Shown: piece by piece, positions 31,276 to 41,296 of the stretch
Numbering within the stretch: the first letter of the stretch is position 1
How the letters are laid out: each line of letters starts with the position of its first letter
Origin: Elusimicrobia bacterium CG1_02_56_21
Lineage (GTDB): Bacteria; Elusimicrobiota; Elusimicrobia; Elusimicrobiales; UBA9959
Assembly: GCA_001871115.1 (NCBI GenBank)
Contig: MNUR01000008.1
Coordinates: forward strand, 13,843-77,842
Reading direction: 5' to 3'
Length of the DNA: 64,000 nt
The notes under the pieces: model-generated
Told to the model about the DNA's origin: nothing
The model's input: the letters and a program-made list of their open reading frames with translations, nothing else
Database searches by the model: none
Position numbers and translations under genes: made by a program

Positions 31276-31422
31276 GTATAAAATATCTTATCAAAAAGAG
31301 GCACGCTTAGTTAAGGGGGTGACGGAATCCCCCTCTCCTACCCTTTTAAGGGTATTGCCTGCCCGGCATATAATTAATAGAGTTAGGGTAATAAGGGGTT
31401 TCTATCTATACAGGGGTTCTAA

Positions 31423-32559
31423 GTGGAAAACAAAGTAAACTTGCCGGTATGGCACAAGACTTTTGACGCTGTTTCCGACATTGTATGGCTGCTGGACAAG
31501 GAGCAGCGTATACTCTGCGCCAATAAGGCGACCGAGAGCGTCCTGGGACGCCCGCCAAAAGATATTATCGGCCTTCATTGCTATGAAATAGCTCACCCCG
31601 ACAAACAGCCGGCCGCCGGCTGCCCCCTTAAACTGGCCAGGAAAAGCATGCGCCGGGAAAAGATGGAACTAATGATGGGTGAAAAATATGTCGAGTTTAT
31701 AGTGGACCCGATAGCCGACGAGGCGGGACGCTTTAACGGGGCGGTCCATATAATGACCGACATAACCGAGCGCAAGCGGACCCAGGCCGAAATCCTGAAG
31801 CTGCTCTCCCGGCTGGCTGAAAAAGAAAAAGAAATAGAGGAGTACCTCTACACAGCCGCACATGACCTGCGGACTCCGCTGATCTGCGTGCAGGGCTTTA
31901 CCGCTAATTTAAAGAAAGATTTTAAGGAGCTGGCTCATCTTGCATCTTCAGCCGCTACCGCGGAGGAGATCAGCGCGGCAACGCTCAGGTTTACATCCGG
32001 GCCAGCGGCCGAATCCCTGGATTCGGTAGAGGAGGCCGCCCGGAAAATAGGACAACTCCTGACCTCTTTGCTTAAAGTGTCCCGCCTGGGCCGGTTGCAT
32101 ATGCAGCCTGAAATACTGGATACAGGCGCTATAGTAAACAACATACTTACCGCCCTGTCTTACCAGGTGAAAGCTGCCGGGGCCGAAATAACAACAGGCC
32201 CGCTTCCGCACTGCAAAGCGGATAAAACCGCTCTTGGCCATATTTTCAGCAACCTCCTGGACAATGCTCTTAAATACCGGGACTGCGGGCGGAAACTTAA
32301 AATAACCGTGCGCGGCGAAAAAAACGGCAACGGCGCCGTGGTTTACAGCATAACCGACAACGGGCTGGGAATAAAGAAAAACAACCTGCCTAAAATCTGG
32401 CAGGTCTTCTATAGCGGAGAGACTTCAGTCCCGGAAAAAGGGGAAGGTATAGGCCTGACCATGGCGCGGCGCCTGGCCGACATGAATGAAGGGAAGCTAT
32501 GGGCAGAATCAAAAGAAGGGGAAGGGTCCGCTTTTTATCTTGAATTGCCGGCTTACTGA
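31423..32559 (+). CDS. PAS-domain sensor histidine kinase
   Basis: PAS (DITERK), AHDLRTPL, NLLDNALKY, DNGLGI, GEGIGL. Confidence 0.93.
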   Translation: MENKVNLPVWHKTFDAVSDIVWLLDKEQRILCANKATESVLGRPPKDIIGLHCYEIAHPDKQPAAGCPLKLARKSMRREKMELMMGEKYVEFIVDPIADEAGRFNGAVHIMTDITERKRTQAEILKLLSRLAEKEKEIEEYLYTAAHDLRTPLICVQGFTANLKKDFKELAHLASSAATAEEISAATLRFTSGPAAESLDSVEEAARKIGQLLTSLLKVSRLGRLHMQPEILDTGAIVNNILTALSYQVKAAGAEITTGPLPHCKADKTALGHIFSNLLDNALKYRDCGRKLKITVRGEKNGNGAVVYSITDNGLGIKKNNLPKIWQVFYSGETSVPEKGEGIGLTMARRLADMNEGKLWAESKEGEGSAFYLELPAY

Positions 32560-32570
32560 AAAACAAAGCG

Positions 32571-33263
32571 CTACTTTCCGCAATATATAACTCTCTGCCG
32601 CTTATACATGGCGTCGTAGCTGTAGTTTTTCCCCAGCAGCTCGGGAAAGGCCATGTTCTCCTCCCTCAGGGCCGCCTCTATCACCAGGCCAGCTTTATAG
32701 TTCAACAGGGCCTCATTATCTTCTTTCCCTGAACAGATATCTTCCGGTTTGAACTCGCCTGTACCGCCTGAAAGGCGCTCGGCGTAACCCCTCAGTTTCC
32801 AATCGGCCAGGACCAGGTAGGTCAGGGCGGGAAGCGAGCTTCTTATTATTTCCCGGGCGGCCGCCGCCACTATTTCAATACTGAGCACGTGGTACTCGCT
32901 GGCCCCGCTCTCAGTGCGGACCCGGTCCGCCCCGAAATCGGCCGCGGCCAGGAAAATAGCGCCGTTGTAAGGGTTGGAACGGTAAAAATCCCCCTTCTGC
33001 ATGGGGGTGAAGAACAAGAATTCTTTCCGGGTTTCGGGAAGATAGATATTAAACCTGGTTTCCGGGCGGTAAAGCCCCGAAGCCGAGATCTTTTCATAAG
33101 CCCTGTCCAGAACCTCTTCCACTTTCTCCGGCAAAGGGCCGCGGGTTCTTATAGTGAAGCTCTTATACGACAGGCTTCTATTAAAATACAGGCCCGGCAT
33201 GGCCAGGAACAGGAGGTAGCCTCCGAACGCGGCCGCGATAAGTAACAGGATTATTTTTTTCAT
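32571..33263 (-). CDS. Hypothetical membrane-anchored or exported protein
   Basis: MKKIILLLIAAAFGGYLLFLAMP N-terminal anchor; no motif recognised. Confidence 0.7.
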   Translation of the reverse strand: MKKIILLLIAAAFGGYLLFLAMPGLYFNRSLSYKSFTIRTRGPLPEKVEEVLDRAYEKISASGLYRPETRFNIYLPETRKEFLFFTPMQKGDFYRSNPYNGAIFLAAADFGADRVRTESGASEYHVLSIEIVAAAAREIIRSSLPALTYLVLADWKLRGYAERLSGGTGEFKPEDICSGKEDNEALLNYKAGLVIEAALREENMAFPELLGKNYSYDAMYKRQRVIYCGK

Positions 33264-33407
33264 AATAATACCCCGATAAAAACATCTGAAGTATTGCTGG
33301 AAAGATACAATATCCGGCCCTTGCCTGTCACCCTTATTCCGGTGACACAATACTTAATTTCCGAATTAAGTATTGTGTCCCCATATTTTATGGCTGCACT
33401 ACGGCCC

Positions 33408-34280
33408 TCAAGCCCAGTCTTCGCTCTTGATCCCGCCCTGTATCCCTATTACCACGCTCTTTATGGGCACTTTCCGGCCGGCGGCGGCCGCTGCCTGTTT
33501 TACCATGGCCAGGAGCCCGCCGCAGCAGGGGACTTCCATGGTTACCACGGTAAGAGTGTTTATCCTGGCGTCCTCTATGAGGGCCTGCACTTTCTCCACA
33601 TATATTTCCTGGCCTTCGTCCAGCTTGGGACAGGCTATCACAATAGCTTTGCCTTTCATGAAGTCATTATGGAAGTTGCCGTAGGCGAAAGCGGTGCAGT
33701 CGGCGGCTACCACCACGTCGGCTTTCTGGAAATAGGGGGCCATGGGCGAGGCCAGGTGCAGCTGTACCGGCCACTGGCGCAGCTGGGAAGCGGCGGCGGG
33801 GTTGCCTGCTTCTTCTCCGGCCGAGCTGTCCCGCAGGTCTATAGTACGCCCTCCGGGGCAGCCGCAGGGTTCATGTCCGCCATGCTTGTGCGTTTTGCCG
33901 TGTGCCATATATTTTTCTTCCTCCATCGGGTTAGGGATATTATTCTCTTTCATATAATCGAAAGCCTGTTTTAAAAAAGTTTTCTGGGCATGGTCCTTGA
34001 GATGCTGCAAATGGGCCTTTATGGTATTAGGGCCGTGTTTTACCATGCCCTCCATTACCTTCGCTTCGTCATAAGGGACCGCTTCGCGCACTTCTATCTT
34101 TATGGCTCCCCGGGGGCATTCCCCTATACACGCGCCGAGGCCGTCGCAGAGCAGGTCGCTGATAAGCCGGGCTTTACCGTCTATCACCTGCAGCGCTCCC
34201 TCATGGCAGCCGGTGACGCAGTTGCCGCAGCCGTCACATTTGCTCTCGTCAATATTTATAATCTGTCTTTTAGTTTTCAT
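33408..34280 (-). CDS. 4Fe-4S ferredoxin-domain Cys-rich protein
   Basis: CDGCGNCVTGC and CDGLGACIGECP, then GCPG, LRQWPVQL, ADC, IACPKLD, MEVPCCGGL. Confidence 0.9.
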   Translation of the reverse strand: MKTKRQIINIDESKCDGCGNCVTGCHEGALQVIDGKARLISDLLCDGLGACIGECPRGAIKIEVREAVPYDEAKVMEGMVKHGPNTIKAHLQHLKDHAQKTFLKQAFDYMKENNIPNPMEEEKYMAHGKTHKHGGHEPCGCPGGRTIDLRDSSAGEEAGNPAAASQLRQWPVQLHLASPMAPYFQKADVVVAADCTAFAYGNFHNDFMKGKAIVIACPKLDEGQEIYVEKVQALIEDARINTLTVVTMEVPCCGGLLAMVKQAAAAAGRKVPIKSVVIGIQGGIKSEDWA

Positions 34281-34420
34281 AAGCAATTTCCTTAATTATC
34301 TCATTCCCCCCTCTTTTAGGTGGCAGCGCTTTTCCCGGAGGGGCGGCAGGGGTGCTGCCCAGCGCATCCCTGACAGGACCCCGACGCCGCACTGCAGTAA
34401 TCCTTAAAAGCCTGCCCGCC

Positions 34421-34816
34421 TTAAACCAGGTCTTTTACTGTTATTCTTTCTATATCAGAGAGCAACCGGTTTTCTATTGCCGCTATTTTATGGCGCAAAA
34501 TGCAGGCGCTGTGGTTCTTGCAGATCGTTTTCCCGAAAACGCAGTCGTTAAGCTTTATCGGGCCCTGGAGCACGGCCACCAGCTCGCTCAGCTTTATTTT
34601 TTCCGGCATCCTGGCCAACGCGAAACCGCCGCCTTTGCCTTTCACAGCCCGGAGTATGCCGGACTGGTGCAGTTTTTGAAGTATTTTCCTCAGGAAGGGC
34701 CGCGCGACGCCCACTTCCTCCTGCATCCGGGTCACGGAAACCGTGGGCTTATTGGCCCTGGCCATAAAGACCAGGGCGCGGGCCGCGTAATCCACATTCC
34801 TGTTTATAAGCTTCAT
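34421..34816 (-). CDS. Rrf2-family transcriptional regulator with three Cys
   Basis: DYAARAL, FLRKILQKL, KGKGGGFAL, C-x6-C-x5-C. Confidence 0.93.
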   Translation of the reverse strand: MKLINRNVDYAARALVFMARANKPTVSVTRMQEEVGVARPFLRKILQKLHQSGILRAVKGKGGGFALARMPEKIKLSELVAVLQGPIKLNDCVFGKTICKNHSACILRHKIAAIENRLLSDIERITVKDLV

Positions 34817-34824
34817 TGTTATAT

Positions 34825-34853
34825 ATGATACCTGATAGGTATCATTATGTCAA
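34825..34853 (-). promoter_or_regulatory. Sigma70 promoter with overlapping palindromic Rrf2-type operator
   Basis: TTGACA(34853-34848)-17 nt-TATCAT. Perfect palindrome ATGATACCT-gat-AGGTATCAT at 34825-34845. Confidence 0.85.
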
Positions 34854-34907
34854 GGGGCAGGGCGACAGCGGCCGCGGAAGAATCCCGCCCGGGCATAAGG
34901 ATAAAAA

Positions 34908-36611
34908 CTATGTTCTTTTTTTTCGGTCGTCCAAAGCGGCCCTGAGGCCGAGCAGAAGCACATCCGTAGTATAGGGCTTCTGTATCAGCGGACTTTCTGG
35001 TTTAATAAACTCGGTTTTTATGACGGCGGGATCGGTGCAGCCGGAAATATAAACCCGGGCTATACCCGGATTGGATACGGCTATGCGCTCGCAAAGGTCA
35101 AAACCGTTCATCCCGGGCAGCACTATATCGGCCAAGACAAGGTCTATTTTCCCCTTCTCCCGCTCTTCGGCCATAAGCAGGGCTTCGCTGTCCGTAGCGG
35201 CCTCCAGCACCCTGTAACCATTATCCGCCAGGGTGCGGCGGGTTACCGCGCGCACCACATGGTCATCCTCTACAAGCAGCACAGTCTCGGTGCCTTTGCG
35301 CAAAGCAGTGAAAGAGCCGGTAGTTTCGAACTTTTCAATATCGGACACGGACAGCGGAAGATAAATTGAAAAAGTAGTTCCGAGGCCGGGCTCGCTGTCT
35401 ACCGATATATAACCGCTGCTCTGCTTTACTATCCCGTAGACAGTAGCCAAACCAAGCCCGGTTCCGGCCCCTGTCTGCTTTGTGGTAAAGAAAGGCTCAA
35501 AGATCTTGGCCCTGACCTCCGGGCTCATGCCTGTTCCATTGTCGGCTACCGTGATGACGGCATATTTGCCCGGGACTATATCGGAGCCCAGCAGATAGTC
35601 CGAATACTCGCAGGGGAAAATACTTATTACAAGCTTCCCGCCGCCTGGCATTGCGTCGCGCGCGTTAACGGCCAGGTTAAGCAGAACCTGCTCTATCTGC
35701 CCGGGATCAACCAGCGCCGGCACCGGTGTGGGATGCTTCCGTATCACTATCTCTATATTCTCGTCTATAAGGCGGGCAAGCATCTTCTGTACCCCGGAGG
35801 CGATAGAATTAATATCCAGCACGCGGGGCTGCATCAGCTGCTTGCGGCTGAAAGCCAGCAGCTGGCGGGACAAACCCGCGGCCCGACCGCAAACCTTCTT
35901 TATCTCTCCGGCGTCGTCGGCGATCTGGCTGCCCTCCGGGGCGGCTTTCCTTATGAACTCGGCATAAGCCGAGAGCGAGGTTATTATATTGTTAAAGTCA
36001 TGCGCCACCCCGCCGGCCAGCTGGCCGAGCGCTTCCATTTTCTGAGACTGCCTCAACTGCAGCTCCAGCTTCTTTCTTTCGGTGACGTCGCGCGAAACTA
36101 TTACCACACGCTGGGCCTTACCGCCGGGGTCGTTGATAACATTGCCCATGGACTCTATGAACTGCACCGAACCGTCAGGCAGCAGAAAACGGTACTCGGC
36201 CCGCTCCCCTTTGCCGGTCTCCACCGTCCTTTTAAAGATCTCCCTGACGCGCGCCTGGTCGTCCGGGTGTATTTCATTAAATGAATCCGTGCCTTTCAGC
36301 AGGACCGGGTCCCTGAGCTGGGAATAGGAAGGGCTATTATAAAGGCGCCGGCCCTCCAGGTCCACTACCGCCACCATATCGGAGGTATTGTTCATGGCCA
36401 GCTCGGCCAGGGCGGCCATCTCGCAGCCGGAATCCTTGCCGCAGATCAGTTCTGGGGAGAACCTCAGGAAGGCCCCCGCCAGCACGGCAGAAAGAACCCC
36501 GGCCGCAGCCGCACCCGGGAAGCCGGTCAGGCCGGCCAGAATAAAAACCAGCGGGCAGGCTATAAGGGTAGATAAGAGGATAACCGAGAATGCCTTAAGG
36601 ATTTTTGTCAT
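34908..36611 (-). CDS. Hybrid sensor kinase (2TM-PAS-HisKA-HATPase-REC)
   Basis: [45 protein letters not shown], receiver [10 protein letters not shown]. Confidence 0.95.
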   Translation of the reverse strand: MTKILKAFSVILLSTLIACPLVFILAGLTGFPGAAAAGVLSAVLAGAFLRFSPELICGKDSGCEMAALAELAMNNTSDMVAVVDLEGRRLYNSPSYSQLRDPVLLKGTDSFNEIHPDDQARVREIFKRTVETGKGERAEYRFLLPDGSVQFIESMGNVINDPGGKAQRVVIVSRDVTERKKLELQLRQSQKMEALGQLAGGVAHDFNNIITSLSAYAEFIRKAAPEGSQIADDAGEIKKVCGRAAGLSRQLLAFSRKQLMQPRVLDINSIASGVQKMLARLIDENIEIVIRKHPTPVPALVDPGQIEQVLLNLAVNARDAMPGGGKLVISIFPCEYSDYLLGSDIVPGKYAVITVADNGTGMSPEVRAKIFEPFFTTKQTGAGTGLGLATVYGIVKQSSGYISVDSEPGLGTTFSIYLPLSVSDIEKFETTGSFTALRKGTETVLLVEDDHVVRAVTRRTLADNGYRVLEAATDSEALLMAEEREKGKIDLVLADIVLPGMNGFDLCERIAVSNPGIARVYISGCTDPAVIKTEFIKPESPLIQKPYTTDVLLLGLRAALDDRKKRT

Positions 36612-36736
36612 ATTGATAGCTTTTATAGTTTAGTGCAGCGATCCCTTATTGTCAATATACCGTCCGATACATCAGCCCGGACAACTCTTGCCTTTCCGGG
36701 CCCAAAAATTGACATAATATACGAAGCGGAGGGTAT

Positions 36737-37813
36737 ATGATATCAATATTTTTAACTGTTTTCCTCGGACTAAGCCAGAGCGCGGGCGCCGATACTTTTA
36801 TATTAAGAGACGGGGGTGTTATTGAAGGAGAGCTGACCGGTGAACTGGACGGCGCCGCACTTATAAAGACCAAGTACGGTCCCCTGACCGTAAACAAAGA
36901 GGACATCAGGGAACAAAAGACGGAAACAGCCCCTGAGCCCGTCCCCGCGGCCGAGCCGGTAGAGCTTTCCAGCGCGCAACCGGCGGCTGTCACAACTTCC
37001 AGCGCGCCCGCGGCTGTAGAGGTTTCCACTACACAGCCGGAAGCCGCGGCACAACCTAAATTAACTTTCCAAACCGTCCTGCCCAGCACAATAACGCGCC
37101 AGCTGGTGTACCTGGAAAGCGGCATTGCCGTAGCCACCGAAACCTACGACAATGAAGGCGCGCTTATCTCGGCCGAGGGCTTGATAAGCGACGGGACCTA
37201 TACCGAATATTATCCCGAAGGCGGCCTTAAAACCGTCAAGACCATGCTGGGAGGCAAAGCCAACGGCACGCTGAAAGCTTTCTATCCCGGCGGCGCCCTG
37301 CAGATAGAAGCCTACTACCTGGCCGGCGGCAAAGAAGGCCCGCTTAAATATTTCACGCCTGACGGAAAGCCACTGATGGAAGCCTCCTACAGGAACGACA
37401 TGCTTAACGGCTGGAAGAAAGAATACGGAGAGGACGGAACCATAACCGCGCAATCCTATTATATTGACGACCACCTGGCCGAGCCGCCTAAGCAGCAGGC
37501 CGTACCGGAACCGGAGAAAGAGCCGGAATCCATGGTTACGGTCAAGTCTATTAGCCTGGCCCGGGGCGAACGCTTCACCTTCCGCCTCAACGGGAAATAT
37601 ATAGGCAAAGCCCACCTGGACAAAGACCTGAACATAATCAGCCGCGGCGGAAAGATACCCGACGGAAATGTAAAGATGTTCACGAAAGACGGGAGAATAG
37701 AGAAAGAATTTGTTTTCAAGAATAACGCAATAAAAGCGCTGCGCGTTTACGAACCCGGCGGCCCGCTGAAAGCCGAATATTCCTATAAAGACGATATGGC
37801 GATAAAGAAGTAG
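36737..37813 (+). CDS. Exported protein with MORN2/YwqK-like beta repeats
   Basis: Signal peptide, Pro/Ala linker, repeats DGTYTEYYPEG, NGTLKAFYPGG, EGPLKYFTPDG, NGWKKEYGEDG. Confidence 0.8.
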   Translation: MISIFLTVFLGLSQSAGADTFILRDGGVIEGELTGELDGAALIKTKYGPLTVNKEDIREQKTETAPEPVPAAEPVELSSAQPAAVTTSSAPAAVEVSTTQPEAAAQPKLTFQTVLPSTITRQLVYLESGIAVATETYDNEGALISAEGLISDGTYTEYYPEGGLKTVKTMLGGKANGTLKAFYPGGALQIEAYYLAGGKEGPLKYFTPDGKPLMEASYRNDMLNGWKKEYGEDGTITAQSYYIDDHLAEPPKQQAVPEPEKEPESMVTVKSISLARGERFTFRLNGKYIGKAHLDKDLNIISRGGKIPDGNVKMFTKDGRIEKEFVFKNNAIKALRVYEPGGPLKAEYSYKDDMAIKK

Positions 37814-37849
37814 AGACCCAGGTACCGGAACACCGGCGCGGATACAGAT

Positions 37850-37881
37850 AAAAGGCCGTCCCCATAAGGGGACGGCCTTTT
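37850..37881. terminator. Bidirectional intrinsic terminator
   Basis: AAAAGGCCGTCCCC-ataa-GGGGACGGCCTTTT. Confidence 0.85.
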
Positions 37882-37888
37882 AAAATAC

Positions 37889-37962
37889 TGGGCCCGGAAG
37901 GACTTGAACCTTCGACCCAACGATTATGAGTCGTTTGCTCTAACCAACTGAGCTACGGGCCC
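37889..37962 (-). tRNA. tRNA with CAT anticodon, Ile2 (lysidine) type
   Basis: GGGCCCGTAGCTCAGTTGGTTAGAGCAAACGACTCATAATCGTTGGGTCGAAGGTTCAAGTCCTTCCGGGCCCA. The CTCATAA loop and overall sequence resemble Ile2 rather than fMet/eMet. Confidence 0.9.
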
Positions 37963-38067
37963 TAAAATCCGGTAATACTGGCTGAATAATCATTCTAGCA
38001 ATTTAACCGCGGGCTTTCCATACCCCGCTATTCACCAGTCCGCAGGGGCGGCCCGGGCGGCAAAGAT

Positions 38068-38745
38068 TCAGAACTTTTTAACGGCCAGGCTGCCGGCGCC
38101 GCTTTTTACCTCTACCTTGAACGGAGCCGAGGAATCTTCGCCGAGTTCATTGGTCATGGTGCCGGCGCCGGACTTGAACTTTACCGCGACTTTGCTGCCT
38201 TCGGGGAAAGCCAGCGTGGTGCTGCCGGCCCCGTTCTTAATACGGGCGGAACCGCTGCCGGGATTTTTTGTCCAGGCCAGGTTCACGGCTCCCGCCCCTG
38301 ATTTGACTTCAAGATCTTCCGAATAAATTTCGCCGTTTACCGTTCCCGCGCCGCTCTTAACGGAGATCGGCCCGGAAAGCCCGTGAAGCTGCACTTCCCC
38401 GGCTCCGGAAGAGATCGCCGCGCCGGCGGCGAAACCGGCTATACTCACCTTGCCCAGCCCGTTTTTAACCGCCAGGAGGGTCCTGGAAGGCGCGCTTATT
38501 TTAAAACCGTTCTTGCAGCTGCCGCCGAAGAAGAACCAGCTTTTCTTGGACTTGACCGTAAGCACAAGCCGGGATTTTTCTATCTTCATGGCCAGTTCCG
38601 TTTTCCCGGGTTTAAAATCCCCGGTGAGTTCAACCTTGATAGTGATGCCTTCTTCAGCCGCCAGGACGATATCGCCGCCGTCGGCATCCACTTCTATAAC
38701 TTTAACTTCTTCGGCCCTGAAATCCCAATGTTGTGTGTTCTGCAT
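38068..38745 (-). CDS. DUF4097-like beta-solenoid protein
   Basis: Repeated VKSGAG/KNGAG units. Confidence 0.8.
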   Translation of the reverse strand: MQNTQHWDFRAEEVKVIEVDADGGDIVLAAEEGITIKVELTGDFKPGKTELAMKIEKSRLVLTVKSKKSWFFFGGSCKNGFKISAPSRTLLAVKNGLGKVSIAGFAAGAAISSGAGEVQLHGLSGPISVKSGAGTVNGEIYSEDLEVKSGAGAVNLAWTKNPGSGSARIKNGAGSTTLAFPEGSKVAVKFKSGAGTMTNELGEDSSAPFKVEVKSGAGSLAVKKF

Positions 38746-38841
38746 AGCCGGTTCCCCCTTGCACGCAGCGGCTGCGTTTCATATAACACAATAGCATAAA
38801 GCCGGTCTCTCCCCGCCTTATTACCGGCCGGCTGTGATTTT

Positions 38842-40041
38842 TCAGTGTTGATGCGGCTCGCAGGCTTCCGTACCGAACAGGGGCTTCCCGTCGGCAAAAG
38901 GCGAGATAGAACGCAGGCGCTCTATTATGGGCGGAAATTCCTTTATTATATAGTCCACTTCTTCCTGCGTATTGTAGACGCTGAGGGAGAAGCGTATAGA
39001 ACCGTGCGCATAGGTCTGGGGCACGGCCATGGACATAAGCACATGCGAGGGCTCCAGGGAGCCCGAGGTGCACGCTGAACCGGAAGAGGCGCAGATGCCC
39101 TTCTCGCTTATCATAAGCAAAATGGACTCGCCTTCTATATATTCAAAGCTGATATTGGTGGTATTGGGCAGGCGGAGCGCGCCACCGCCGTTCACGCGGG
39201 AATTGGGGATCTTCAGGAGGCCGGCTTCGAGGCGGTCGCGCAGTGCTTTTACGTAGGTGTTCTCTTTTTCGAGGTTGGCCGCGGCCAGTTCGGCGGCTTT
39301 ACCTATGCCGGCGATATAAGGCACGTTCTCGGTGCCGGCGCGGCGGCCGTGCTCCTGGTGGCCGCCCATCAGGAAAGGGGCGAAGCGGGAGCCTTTGCGG
39401 ACGTAGAGTACGCCTATGCCTTTGGGGGCGTGGAGTTTGTGGCCGGAAAGGGAGAGGTAATCTATCTTGGCGTCTTTGAGGTTTATGGGGAGTTTGCCCA
39501 CGGCCTGTACGGCGTCGGTGTGGAACAGGGCGCCTTTGGCGTGGGTGATGCGGGCGGCTTCTTCCACGGGGCAGATGACGCCGGTCTCGTTATTGGCCCA
39601 CATGATGGAGACCAGCAGGGTTTCGGGGGTGAGGGCGACTTTGAGGTCTTCCAGGTTTATCTGGCCTGTGCTGTCCACGGGCAGATAGCTGATCCGGTAG
39701 CCCTGGGATTCGAGGAATTTGCAGACATTGAGGACGGCGGGGTGCTCGACCTTGGTGGTGATGATATGTTTCTTGTCGGGGAAGGCGCGCACGGCCGACC
39801 AGAGGGCGGTGGAATCGGACTCGGTTCCGCAGCTGGTGAAAATTATTTCCCCGGGCTCGGCGCCCAGGAGTTTGGCCACGCGCTCGCGGGCGAGGTCCAG
39901 GTATTTCTGGTTGGCGCCGCCGAAGAAGTGCATGCTGGACGGGTTGCCGTAGAGCTCATTAAAGAAGGGCTCCATCTCTTTGGCCACTTCGGGGGCCACG
40001 CGGCTGGTGGCATTATTGTCGAAATAATAGACTTTTTCCAT
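38842..40041 (-). CDS. nifS: Cysteine desulfurase NifS/IscS
   Basis: YFDNNATS, HTDAVQAVGK, SGHKLHAPKG, SSGSACTSGSLEPSHVL. Start MEKVYY at 40041 with GGAGG SD. Confidence 0.96.
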   Translation of the reverse strand: MEKVYYFDNNATSRVAPEVAKEMEPFFNELYGNPSSMHFFGGANQKYLDLARERVAKLLGAEPGEIIFTSCGTESDSTALWSAVRAFPDKKHIITTKVEHPAVLNVCKFLESQGYRISYLPVDSTGQINLEDLKVALTPETLLVSIMWANNETGVICPVEEAARITHAKGALFHTDAVQAVGKLPINLKDAKIDYLSLSGHKLHAPKGIGVLYVRKGSRFAPFLMGGHQEHGRRAGTENVPYIAGIGKAAELAAANLEKENTYVKALRDRLEAGLLKIPNSRVNGGGALRLPNTTNISFEYIEGESILLMISEKGICASSGSACTSGSLEPSHVLMSMAVPQTYAHGSIRFSLSVYNTQEEVDYIIKEFPPIIERLRSISPFADGKPLFGTEACEPHQH

Positions 40042-40099
40042 ATAGATATCCTCCACAGGGGAACTGCACCGCGAGGAGCCCAGTCGGGGCCTACCGCGC

Positions 40100-40359
40100 C
40101 GGGCGGAACGCAAAACGCGCTCGGCCACACCGTGGCCTCGCTCCGTGTTCGCCCGCCGGACTATGCAGCCGGCGGGCTCTCCGAGGGTTTTGCTAACCTG
40201 CCCGCCGCGGTCTCCCCTCCACTGCCTTAATATCAGTCCGAACATACGGACGGACGGGGCTTTGTTCCGAACGCCCTTGGGGAGGGGGCCCCGCTTCAGG
40301 GGGAACCGCGCAACGGTTCCCTGCAGTCCGGGCGGGCGGAATAAAGCCCCGGGCGACCC
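40100..40359. repeat. Composite structured element: module B (40104-40210) plus module A copy 2 (40252-40359)
   Basis: GGAACGCAAAAC...GGCCACACCGTGGCC...GCCCGCC..TATGCA..GGCGGGC...GGTTTTGCTAACC as at 27443; GGACGGGG...AGGGGGCCCCGC...GGGGGAACC..GGTTCCC...CCCCGG as at 11737. Confidence 0.85.
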
Positions 40360-41193
40360 TTACTCCGCTTCTATCTCTATGGCGGGATCGACGCGCTCCC
40401 GCAGTTCTTTTTCTACTACGTTCTTGAGCGTGGCGCCGGAGGAGGCGCAGCCGTGGCACATGCCGAGGAAGCGGAGTTTTACTTTCTGGCCCTGTATGTC
40501 CACCAGTTCCATCCAGCCGCCGTCGGCTTTAAGCCTGGGATTTATCTCTTCGGCCAGGACTTTCTCTATTATCTTTATCTTCTCCACCACGGTCATTTTG
40601 TCGAATTTTTTGTGCTCGGCTTCGGCCCAGTAATCTTTAATTATTTTTTCTATCTCTCCGTGGCACTGCCTGCAGCCGCCGCCGGCTTTAGTGAAGTTGG
40701 TGACTTCTTCAATGGTATGGAGGTTATTGAGCTTTATGGCTTTGCGGATTACGGATTCGGTGACGCTGAAACATTTGCAGACTATCTTTTCGGCCTGGCC
40801 GATGATGATCTTTTCGGCTTTGGCGCCGCGGTAGTTCTTTATTGCGGCCTCGAGGGCTTCCATGCCCATGACGGAGCAGTGCATTTTCTCTCCGGGCAGG
40901 CCGCCCAGGAAATCGGCGATCTGCTGGTTGGTGATCTTGGAGGCTTCCTCCAGGGTAAGGCCTTTCACCATCTCGGTGAGGGCCGAAGAGGAAGCGATAG
41001 CGCTGGCGCAGCCGAAGGTCTTGAATTTAGCGTCTATGATCTTATCGGCGGCTTTGTCTATTTTAAGGGTAAGCTTGAGGGCGTCGCCGCAGACTATGCT
41101 GCCTATCTCGCCTACGCCGTCGGGGTTTTCTATTTCCCCCACGTTCTTTGGGTTTTTAAAATGTTCGAATACTTTATCGGTATAGTTCCACAT
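40360..41193 (-). CDS. nifU: Fe-S scaffold NifU (IscU + BFD-like 2Fe-2S + Nfu domains)
   Basis: CGDAL, FGCASAIAS, KMHCS, VCKCF...AGGGCRQC, GMCHGCASS. Start MWNYTDK at 41193. Confidence 0.96.
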   Translation of the reverse strand: MWNYTDKVFEHFKNPKNVGEIENPDGVGEIGSIVCGDALKLTLKIDKAADKIIDAKFKTFGCASAIASSSALTEMVKGLTLEEASKITNQQIADFLGGLPGEKMHCSVMGMEALEAAIKNYRGAKAEKIIIGQAEKIVCKCFSVTESVIRKAIKLNNLHTIEEVTNFTKAGGGCRQCHGEIEKIIKDYWAEAEHKKFDKMTVVEKIKIIEKVLAEEINPRLKADGGWMELVDIQGQKVKLRFLGMCHGCASSGATLKNVVEKELRERVDPAIEIEAE

Positions 41194-41296
41194 ATTTTTC
41201 CTCAGTTCGACGCTCTTTATGCGCTCCGGCAGGATTTGGCGCTTTGCAGGCCGCAGCTGCCTGTAACTATAGTCTATTAAATCCCACCCCGCAGGT

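Noticed and set aside
31101-31304. N-terminal extension of the aminotransferase ORF
   Set aside because: It reads through tRNA-Cys; the real start is MKSPIS at 31100.
36737-37813. YwqK-like repeats as a toxin-antitoxin module
   Set aside because: The protein is exported and monocistronic with no adjacent toxin; the repeats are generic MORN2-type.
31276-37888. Region between the two tRNAs as an integrated island
   Set aside because: No integrase, no duplicated tRNA 3' end, and no obvious compositional shift.
40042-40245. N-terminal extension of NifS
   Set aside because: It is a translation of the repeat element; an SD and homology begin at 40041.
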